64,000 nt of DNA from the human T2T-CHM13v2.0 reference genome, Homo sapiens: NCBI RefSeq assembly GCF_009914755.1, contig NC_060925.1. One strand, written 5' to 3'. The translations under genes and the position numbers were made by a program. This document shows positions 21,079-31,817 of this stretch, one piece after another. Numbering within the stretch: position 1 is the first letter of the stretch; every line of letters begins with the position of its first letter. The notes beneath the pieces are model-generated. The model saw only the letters and a program-made list of their open reading frames with translations, was not told the DNA's origin and searched no databases.

Positions 21079-21253
21079 CTACACCAGTCAGACATCCACA
21101 GGCTCCCAGATACAGACATGAGCCTAGGATGAGGTAATATACCCGATTAGGCTCTGAGCCTAAAACACGTTCCATGAAATTACCTGAGCCTTCCTTGCAC
21201 AGTACTGTGATCTAAGATCTAACACATAATCAAGTCATGCACTTTGTTTCTTA

Positions 21254-21690
<437 letters not shown>

Positions 21691-21764
21691 TTTCCTAGTC
21701 TTTCATGCACGTGATGCTGGCTTGGTGTTTACAGCTTCGTATTCCTGAAATCGATATGTGCCAG

Positions 21765-21852
21765 ATATCACTGCAGACTAGTCCTTATTTGATAGAAATA
21801 AAATAATTTACATTTTATTTTCATGTAAATGTGACAGCAGCAGCAATAACAT
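21765..21852 (-). ncRNA. MIR3671: annotated microRNA precursor mir-3671 (mature about 21772-21793)
   Basis: Reverse complement contains AUCAAAUAAGGACUAGUCUGCA, recognised as miR-3671. It lies ~0.6 kb downstream of mir-101-1 on the same strand, as in the known cluster. Confidence 0.88.
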
Positions 21853-22443
21853 AGGCATTCAGTAAATATTCTTTTGAATTAGGCCAGATCCTAAATATCC
21901 TGAAAGAAACATGACATGTCACTATCTACTCCTTCAAGACAAAGATATACTTTTTTTCTTTCTTCACTTCAGTAAGCTGGTCTACAATGATGGACTTTTA
22001 TTTATGCAACAATTTCAATACTGTTCAACATATTGGGCTTTTTTTTTCTCCCTGTAAGTAGAATCTGATTTTGAAATCTAGTAGTGTACTGACAAGTGCC
22101 AAGCTGTTCTAATTAGGTTACCTTTCACATTTATAAAAATGGTACGAAGTTCTCTGAATACCATTCCAGAAATACTAATTCATACTTACCTATTTTCAGT
22201 CTCCTAAAGGTTCCAAAGATCTTAATATATGTTCACTCAGCACAACATGGCTGCACCAACAACTACCCCATGTTACAAAACAAGGCAAAGAGAAGCAGAA
22301 TAACTCTCCCTATGCCCCGGGAGAAGTATGACAGAGGTGCAGGGTAAGAGGGTTTCTGGGTCCCAGCCACCTGTTTCACATTCCTCTTTCACCTTCTTTC
22401 TTCCTGGGTACGGTGAGGCTCCTCTGATGGAAGGTAAGATGGC

Positions 22444-22518
22444 TGCCATCCTTCAGTTATCACAGTACTGTACCTTTAGAATAGACAGCATCAGCACTGT
22501 GATAACTGAGCCAGGGCA
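22444..22518 (-). ncRNA. MIR101-1: microRNA precursor mir-101-1 (miR-101-3p at 22452-22472, miR-101-5p at 22487-22508)
   Basis: Reverse complement reads UGCCCUGGCUCAGUUAUCACAGUGCUGAUGCUGUCUAUUCUAAAGGUACAGUACUGUGAUAACUGAAGGAUGGCA and contains mature UACAGUACUGUGAUAACUGAA. The stem extends through GGCUGCC/GGCAGCC, and a CNNC motif (CUUC) lies ~18-19 nt downstream of the 3p arm. Confidence 0.98.
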
Positions 22519-25145
22519 GCCTGTCAGTCACTGTGTCGGTCAACGGCATCCTTTCTGGTGGCTGCATTACTCTCTCTGAAGGCTCCCCATGAAGTGAAGG
22601 ACTAAAAGATCACCTTCTGGTTGGAGACGTGAGGAGGCAGAAGAAAAAGAAGGATCAGAGCCCAGCAAGTGGTGAGGCTGAAATATTAAAAGGCCCAGTT
22701 GAATTAAATTAGAATGAAAGATGAACACATGACTTATCCATATTAATGAGGATGAACAACTGCATGATTAGGTTTTCACTCTAATACATCAAATATGCAG
22801 TAAGCTTCCAGCATATTTCACAGCTTATCTCTTCCATGCATGGATTCACTGACTGTGCCTCCCTGACCTCAATCATTGATTTTTCATATATATACCGAGG
22901 AACTACTAGGTTCTAAAGCCCTCTTCTAGATGTTCAGGAAATAAAGATAACTAAGACATGATTCCTGTCTTCAAAGTGCTCATAACCAAACATGACAATA
23001 ATACTTCATATCTGCCAAACATTCAAAACTGCTCTATATGTTTTCTCATTTGGTTTTCACAAGACGCTATGGGGCTGGCAATGAATTATTCATTAATTCA
23101 TCAAAAAAGGATTCTGGAAATAGATTAGATATTATTACCCCATTTTATAGGCAGAAAAAAAAAAAAAAACTTAGGTGATTTGCCAGAGATCATATATTGC
23201 TAAGTTATGGCGAACCCATGTCCAGAACCATGTCAAATGAGTGAACACAGTGCTTTGTTTTCTCTACCCTACCCTAGCTGTCCAACTCCATCAACTGGAT
23301 ATTCAGTTTACACAAACAAAAGGATTTCTAAAAACATTTACTTTTTGTTTTAGTTTTCTCAGTAACTGAGATCATGAAGCAGAAGCTAGTGGGGCTTTAT
23401 AATTAAGAAGAAAAATGCACATTAGCAAAAATGACTTTCATTCCTCTTGCTCTGAGTGCTAAGAATGTACTCAAATTAGTAACATTGATATTTTTCACTA
23501 TAGTTTATGTCAATTCTATACCTATGGTGATACTGACAACCTTCAGAATACCTTTTTAAAAAGTAATAATAACATATACACATCACTTGCTTTTAAATTA
23601 TCTGTACCTTTGAGACGTACTCTGAAGTCATTTTAGGGATGATTCTTCCTTTTAATAAAAAGTACAAAAGATTCTGAAATTGGAATTCAGGCATCAGAAT
23701 ATCAACTTATTAAAACCATGATTCACTTGGGTTTTTTCCATGTCATAAGGTTTCAAGTTATTTCAATATGAGTGGAACTTGACAGATATTTGAAAAATAA
23801 TTATGTTTTCATTAGGCATTTGCTCAATTTCAAAGACTCATTATATGCATATTAGATATTAGCACTGTACTTCAAATAAGTCAGGTAGATGAATCAATTC
23901 TTTAGATCAGCAGAAGTCAGAAAATAAAAGTACAGTGAATCTAACTCAACTATTAACTTTACGTACTATGAAAATGACCTTATCTTCAGAAAAGCAACAT
24001 CCAATGAAACAATCCACCTACACACAAATTAAAAACAACATTGCCTAAAATGCAAAAATATCTAAAAATTAAGGAGGTCATCATCTAGGTCTTAGCCAAC
24101 TGTAATACAGAGTTGAAACACGAGAGGGCAACGAAGATTAAAGAAAAAAAAAAAATCACAGTTGGATCCCATAACCTAAGGTTCTTGGAAATAGTTGCAC
24201 ATTTTTACCCGAATTATAAACATCTGCTACGTGAACAAAGATACTGTGATTATTTTAGAGTAAAATTTTAGATAGCTGTTCCACGAAAAAGGATAAGATT
24301 ATCAACTAATATTTCTTGACCACAATTCTGTCAGCTTTGGAAAACTGAATACTTACCCTGAAACACTGAAGGTTGGGTAAGTATGGAGACAAATAAATAA
24401 TCCTGACATATTTGTAGTTATTAGACTGTTCTTCACCAAAATATTAGTGTGATTCAATGTCTAAATATGAAGTATAAAGACGAAGGAAGTGTACTGCAAA
24501 GCTGAAATTCACTCTACTAGCCATCACCAAAACCCATGCAACAACTAAACATTTTTGGTAAAGTAAAAGATACTTCCTTTTTCTCCTTATTTTTCTCTCA
24601 TTTCATTTTTTTACCTAAATTAGAAAAAAAAAGAAGCCAAGCATCCCTAATAACAAGCAGCAAATTGTCATTATTCTGTGAATGGTTACTTAAATTAATA
24701 TTCTCTCAGATTCTAAAGCAGTTTCAAGGAAGAAAAATATGGGTTTTCAAAATGGTATTTTTAAAATAAATGTTTCAAAAATGTGTCTTGCTTTTTCTTG
24801 AAAATGTTTATAAACGTGCATTTTTGAAAATTTAAATCCATCAGAAATATTTCTTCTTCAACATGTTTCGTCTAAGAACTGAACTGTCTAAATTTATAAA
24901 CAAGTGACTACAGGTACTCATGCTACAGTAAGAAAAAATAACTGCATACTAAGGAAGAGAGAAAACAGTGATGTAAAATGCTTTCTTCCAGGACCCAAAC
25001 TGATTTTAAACTACTTCTTCTATGTTAAAAATGATACAACTAGGAACAATTTCTTCATAACGCATATACCAAATATTATCTACAAAACCAGGCACTTATA
25101 GAAAACTGGCACACCAAAGAACTTTTAAAATAACGTGGAGTACAA

Positions 25146-25410
25146 GGCCAGGCATGGTGGCTCACACCTGTAATCTCAGCGCCTTAGGAGGCTGAGGCAG
25201 GAGGATTGCTGGAATCCAGGAGTTCAAGACCAGCCTGGGCAACATAGTGGAAGCCTGTCTCTACAAAAAATAGTATGAGCAGGGCCAGTAGTCCCAGCTA
25301 CTTTGGAGGCTGAGGTGGGAGGATTGCTTGAACATGAAAGGCTGAGGCTGCCATGACTGCACCACTACACTCCAGCCTGGGTGACAAAGACCTTTTCTCA
25401 AGCGATCAAT
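25146..25410 (+). mobile_element. AluJ-like with internal deletions
   Basis: Consensus and TSD AA(C/T)GTGGAGTACAA. Confidence 0.88.
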
Positions 25411-27530
25411 CAATGTGGAGTACAAATAAAAGCACAAAAAACATGCTACATCCCTCATATTTATAAACTAAGATGAAAATATTGTTTTAAACCTTTGAAT
25501 ATCTGATTATATATTAAATAACTGAAGGCACCGTAAGTTGTTGGCCAAGCAGAATATTTGAAAATACTTTTAAACTATAGTTTAGTGTATTTAAATCCAC
25601 TGGTCTTTTAACTAGTGTGATTTGTTTTCCAATTTGAAAATTATCATCTAATTCAGTGATACTATATAAAATGGCCAAATTTGACCACACTGAGATGTTA
25701 TAAACTGTCAGCAAAAGTTGCTCAAATGTCCACTACTGCTTTGTCACAAGTACACAGAATGTATACTTGCATTTTATTGCAAAACTTTGCTATACTGAGT
25801 TTTTAAAAACTAATTTGTGCCAAAGATTGATGAGGTGGCAGGTTACAGAATTTTTTTCTCTTTTATGGAAAAAGAAATAGGCAGAAAGGCAAGAAAATGT
25901 CAAGGACCACCGCCCTATACAAAGTTAGCCCCAATTCTCAAAGAGAAGCATTAACTGAGAGTGATTAGAGAAGAGGTGTCATCATTTTACTGACTTTGAG
26001 CACTGGCCCTAATTAATCTCATGCTATGTAACTTTATAAGGTCCATGTGGACGAAAAAAAAACCCTATGGACACGGTAACAAAGAGAAGACTGAGCTTTC
26101 TTCCTCATGTTGACCAAGAGTTTAGTCCAAAAAGGCTCCAGGAGACTAAAAATTTATAAATACATGACTGGCCCATATATTACATTATATGGGCCTCTCC
26201 CCTTCAAACATGTACTCAGCACAAATATTTTTAGTCCAACTGTATACTCCACAGTTAATTTACTTTCTGATTTTGCTCTACATCACATTTCACCACTCTC
26301 ACCCCCCGGATTTTAGATTTTATGGTTTGCTCACAAGTCAGTTTTATATGCCAGCTAACTTCGGAATGATCCACCCCTGGCTAAACATCTCTAAAAACCC
26401 TGATGGTCTCCAATTAATCTATGATTGCCTTATTACTACAGCACTGCCATTTGAAAATGCTGGGTCTCAGATTTTCAAATTCCCTTAATGGACAGCTAAA
26501 GGGGCCAATACCAAAGACTTGCAATGACCTCCAATTCTACAGCCTTGGGCTGTTCCAGGAACACAATTACACTCCACTTCCCTGCAGGTTCCACCCTTCT
26601 CGAAGCTTCTATTCCTACATCTGTAAAATGAACACATTTCTACTAACTAGTAACACATGCCACAGTGGCACTGCACTCATTAAGTGCTGTGTTGTATACT
26701 GCAATTTAATTTGGTGCTGTTTATATCTTATTTCCTCAAGTCAACAGGACTCTTTCTAAAAAAGTCAGAAACTGTTTTACTCATGTCCCTTCACAACACT
26801 TAGTGGTCATTTCCACAAAATGCTAGCTCAACAGATACTTGATTGATTGATTAATTGATGAACCTCTCCATTTCTCAGGGAGCCTCTAAACAGTTATCAA
26901 CAAGAGTATGTTTAATTCCAGTCTCTGTCTATATGGTCTTAGGTGAGGTGTTTGGCAGTTTGTCATCTATAAAATAAAGGGATAGCACCGAATAGCTCCT
27001 AAGTTCCTTCCAGTGCAATTTCTGAATCTCATTAGACAAAACAAAACCCAAAGACAGCACTACCTCTATTCACGTTAGCACTGTACTTTTTTTGGAGGAA
27101 AGGAGTCAGCAGCCTTGTGGGCCCAAATGCCACGAGTGGAGCCGTGATTTGGTGGGGAGGGGGACAGAAAGTAGATGAAGCAAAGAAAAAATAAATGGAA
27201 GTGAGTGACAGATGAGTAGAATCACTAAAATGCCACCAGGTGTCACAATTGTTACTTTGCCACACATTGTTTTCCGGTACCTTTTGCTATGTTCAGGATC
27301 CTTTTACAAAAGCAGCAATAGCCGGGTATGTGGGTATCCCAATTTTCCCATGACACCCCTGCTAGCCGTTCTAGAACCCTGGACTTTTACACTAATCTCC
27401 CTAATATAACAGTAATAATGTAATACTTGGGGTCCCCAATCATCACATGGAACACAGCAGTGGAAAATAGAAACACAAACATGAAATAACAATATTTCAT
27501 ACAGTCACCACTTTTGAAATTAATCCATGG

Positions 27531-27850
<320 letters not shown>

Positions 27851-27885
27851 AAATTAATTCATAGATGAAAAGGAGTAATGCAGGC

Positions 27886-28337
27886 CTGAGCTGTCCAATG
27901 AAGTATATAATGCAAGCTACACATGTAATTTTTAATTCTCTAGTAGCCACACTAATAAACAGGTGGAATTAATAGCATATTCATTTAACCCAATATATCT
28001 AAAATATTATCATCTGAACATGGAATCAACATAAAATTAATGGGCTATTCTACTTTTTTTGCATTCTTTGAAATCTGAAGATTACTTTGCACTTACATAT
28101 CCCAATTCTAAATTTTCATCAAAATACTTAATTTGCGTTTGGATTTCAAAACACTTAGTTTCAAAAGTAGATGCGTAAGCTCAAGTATGTTTCCAAATAT
28201 AAATAAGCTTTCCAATAACTAAATCAAGTTATCAAAGTCTAAAATTAAATAAAATTTAAAATTGAGCTCTTCCTCACCCTAGCCATATTTCAGGTGGTTA
28301 ATAGCCACGTGGCTAGTGGCTACCATATTAGGGCAGG
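27886..28337. mobile_element. hAT-Charlie element (MER33/MER3/Charlie5 family)
   Basis: GCTGTCCAAT start and TAGCCACGTGGCTAGTGGCTACCATATT end. Confidence 0.7.
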
Positions 28338-30103
28338 TATCCTGTCTCTGTCACCTGGATTCTTTTAAACCCGAACCAGAGTAAAAGATGTTACCCCATC
28401 AACCAGAAAGTCATCTTACAGCACCCACCAAGTGCTCAAGTTATACCAAGTATTTTCTGCTCCACTTCCAATCTTTAAGTTGTCAACACTTCAGTGATTA
28501 TCGTTTATTAGGTAGCCCTTCCAAAAGACTGAGTATTTTAGCTCAGAGAGGAAAGCATATCTCAATTCAGGGACTGAATGGAGACACTGAGTGAGATTCA
28601 AAGACAAGGAGTTAATTTCCAAGGTAGAGGTGGAAAATCCTGACATCCTTACTTCTTTGTCCAGGGTATCAGTCACCTACAAAAGTTACAATTATTGTTT
28701 ATCACAATTATTGTTTATGAGCCTCTCAACTTACATACTCACAGCAGCTGTCACTGCATCCTCAGGTTCTCTGTCTTCAAGTGCCCTCCTAGCTTCCTGA
28801 AACAACCTTCTCTATCTAGAGCAGATTCTGCAGAGAGGCCCCTCTTTAATTCATATTCTGAAACGTGCTTGTTATTGTTGACGTACAAAAACTTATGAAT
28901 AATTCAATAAATGAATCTTGAACCATCCTATTTATCATTCAGTGGTCTAGGTACCCAACTCTAGAGGAAAGCTTTTCTGAAATACACGGTAAGTATCCCC
29001 CAACCCTCCCTCAAAGGAACCAATTATGAACACTATACAGTCTTCTCTCCCTTCTCACTCCCCATGTCAAAGTTCATTGTGTTCCTCCTGCAGCTGATTT
29101 AAAAGTTGATCTTTTCAAGGAGCTGGATTCCTAAGGTAGTTCTATTTTGAGCCTTCTTCCTGTTCTGAAGCTAAAGTTGGAAGGGCTTAGGTGGTGATGT
29201 CATGGAAGGGAGACTGTTGGTTTTTATAGGAGGGTCTTCTCTGGCAACTCTGGGGATGCTCAAATGGGGAAAACTCAGAGTGTTACTTTTGATCTTTTCC
29301 CCCCTCCTTCCCTTTACAGAATATCAGCTATTCCTTAGCCAGCAAGAAAACAAGTTCAAATAAGCCTGCAAACAGATTTACATATTTTACATGCTAAACA
29401 TCTAATAAATGAAAAGACTGAGAAAAAGAAAAATGCCTCACTGTAAGGAACAGAGGGTGACAACCTCTTTCTCCACCCCTCTCCCCAAATATCTATCACA
29501 GAACAAGGGGCAAAGAGGAGGGGAGGGTCGACTGGTAAGCAGAATAAAGGGATTATAAAGCTAGGAGGCTTTTAGAGGGAAACGCTGTTGGAATATTCAG
29601 GACAGGAGACCCTTGGGTCCCTGCTCTTCCTCTGTGTTTTCCTCCCTTTTGGAATGGTTAGACTTGGGCTGGGTGTGTCTTCTGCTTGGGAGGCGTTTTT
29701 TTTGGCGCTGGAAAAGCAAAAGGGGCCAGGGTGGGGCCTGGGGAAAGAAAGCCAGAGACAGGCTGCTTAGGCCTGGCTCTGGGTTAAGCTTAAGGGGAAA
29801 ATAAAGGGGGCTACGGAGGGACAGCAGATTCCATTAGAAGACCCAGAGGGGAATAAAAAACAGCGCACTGGCCAAAGGGGGTCACTTCTCTCTCTCCCTC
29901 AACCTAGGCCCAGGAGCTATTTGCTGGTTGGTGGGGGACAGGTCCAGAGGGAAGAGAAAATCCCAAAACATCTGCAGATCACAACTTGCCGGGGGAAAGG
30001 GGGGCTGGGGACAGACATGCCAAATTAAATCAGCAGGTGAAAGCAGCAATTTTTGGCCAATGCTGGGATTGCGGAGAGGACTAACTAAGAACCCTGGAGA
30101 GCA

Positions 30104-30113
30104 GGGGATTCCC
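30104..30113. promoter_or_regulatory. NF-kB consensus site
   Basis: GGGGATTCCC inside the near-palindrome CAGGGGATTCCCTG on the island shore. Motif match only. Confidence 0.4.
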
Positions 30114-30636
30114 TGGTTTCTCAGCTCACCTCTCCTTCAAAGCAGGGATAAGCACAGGTGTGGTCTTTCTCCAGGAAGGTGGCAGCTGGCGTGCGGGTAG
30201 CAGAGTGAGGGAAAGAATTCCTCGCACAGGAAGGCAGGGAGAAGCCCTGGGGTCAGCTGCGGCCAGGAGCCGGCGTCTCCGCCAAGTCCCCTCCCCCTTC
30301 CTGAAAACCGACCTGGACCAGCACAAATTACAGCAAAGCACCCCTCTCCCCAATAATGTTTCTAATAAAAGAAACAGACTCTCATGCCTATATTAAAAAA
30401 CCACGAGCTCTAGCTGATGGAAATAAACAGGTGAGCCCGGGGAGAAGCGGGAAAACACTGGGAATGGGAGAATGAAGGGGGAGAAGGCGTTCCCGAACGT
30501 GCAGAGAAACCGAGGCTTCCCCGCCCTCCCTCCACCCTCCTCCCCTCCGGCCGGGGAGAATCTGCGTGGCAGGGTGCAAGCTAAAAATGCCACTGACGGA
30601 CCCCTCTTCCCGCCCCGTGCCCGTTCTCCCTCCTAC

Positions 30637-30850
30637 CCCAGACTCCAGCGTCCCGGCCTCGTGGTAGCGCCCGGTCCCCGGCGCCGCGCGGGGCTCGCCC
30701 TCTCTCCGGACCGCCGCCGCCGCGGGGACTCCGGTCTTCCTCTCTTCTCCCTCCCTCCTCCTCCTCCTCCGGCACCGCCGCCTCCTCCTCTTAGACTCCT
30801 CCCGCCGGATCCTTCATGTAAACAACATCCAGGCTCTATTTACAGTCGCC
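30637..30850 (-). other. JAK1: second non-coding exon or alternative first exon in the island; 5' end approximate
   Basis: Donor TCTGGG|GTAGGA with GT at 30636-30635. The body is a GGA/GGC-repeat purine-rich leader typical of 5' UTRs. A possible weak acceptor AATAG|AG lies at 30836. Confidence 0.6.
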
Positions 30851-31612
30851 GCCGGACGGCAAGGGACCCACGCCAGCACCCTGGACGCGGGCGGGGGCGG
30901 GGGAAAAGCGAGTGCGCAACATTTACACACACACCCCGCCCCTCCGCGCCGCTCCCCTCCGGGGGCCGAGCCAGGCGCCCGGGGCTCCCCGCGTTGCCAC
31001 TGACACCCCAGCGAGGGCCGCGCAAAACCGCGGAAATGCCCATGGGCGAGGTCGCCCCGCTACCCCTCGGGAAAAACACACGCACGCGCTAACAACAACA
31101 AACCCAGTCCGGCAACACCCTCGCAGTCGGTCCCGGAGTGCGGAGGCCCGGCCCGGCCCGCCCCGCGCCGCCGCCCCCGCGCTCCGCCGCCTACCCCGAG
31201 GTGGCGAACTGCGTGCGGTCCCCGGAGGAGGCTGAAGGCAGGCGCTAGGCGCTGGGCAGTGGCGCGCCCTCGGCCCCCGGCGCCGCCTGGCCCGCCCCCA
31301 GACCCCAGTGCGGATGCCTAGCGGGCCGAGCCCCACGGCTGCGTGTGCGTGTGCGCCGCGGCCAGCCTCGCCGGAGCCGCTCTGTGCGCCCCACGGCTTC
31401 CCGCGTCCCCAGGCCGGCTCCGACGCGCCGCGAGACGGGGCCGGGAGCGCAGCAGCCAGCGCTCCACGGCGGCGCACGGGCGCGCACTCGGACGTCCACA
31501 CTCTGCGCCCCGAGCCTCGCGCGGCCGCACGCCCCACGCAGCCCGCCTCCCGCGGGCGCTCGGCCCCGCGCGCCCCGCCGCCCCCGCGCCCGGCCGCCGC
31601 CCCCACACCCAC

Positions 31613-31760
31613 CTGCGCCCCCGGGGGTCCCGGGCTCCCCTTCCTTTGTTCTTCCCGCTATTTGCATGAGGATTATCTAATGACGCAGCAAGGCTCGCCA
31701 CAACGTGACCGTCGCCATTTTTCTGTTTTTATTCTATCTCTGCCATGTGATAGATGGCGG
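31613..31760 (-). other. JAK1: non-coding first exon (distal 5' UTR exon); 5' end approximate
   Basis: Donor GCGCAG|GTGGGT with GT at 31612-31611. This is an AT-richer patch inside the island with YY1, octamer and CRE-like motifs. The TSS cannot be fixed from sequence. Confidence 0.7.
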
Positions 31761-31817
31761 GGGGGTTGGAAAAGGGAGAGAGACGGGATTAAAAAAAAAA
31801 AAAAAAAAAACTTCCGG
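31660..31817. promoter_or_regulatory. core motif cluster: octamer, CRE-like half site, two opposed YY1 motifs, poly(dA) tract, ETS site
   Basis: ATTTGCAT 31660-31667; TGACG 31681-31685; CGCCATTTT 31713-31721; AGATGGCGG 31752-31760; A20 31791-31810; ACTTCCGG 31810-31817. Confidence 0.6.

Noticed and set aside
24183-26561. STAT GAS motifs TTCTTGGAA (24183) and TTCCAGGAA (26553) as JAK-STAT feedback sites
   Set aside because: TTCNNNGAA is expected roughly once per 4 kb by chance, and there is no clustering to support function.
28688-28718. 16-bp tandem duplication ACAATTATTGTTTATC (similar short ones at ~10852, ~15147, ~37932)
   Set aside because: Common slippage products with no sign of function.
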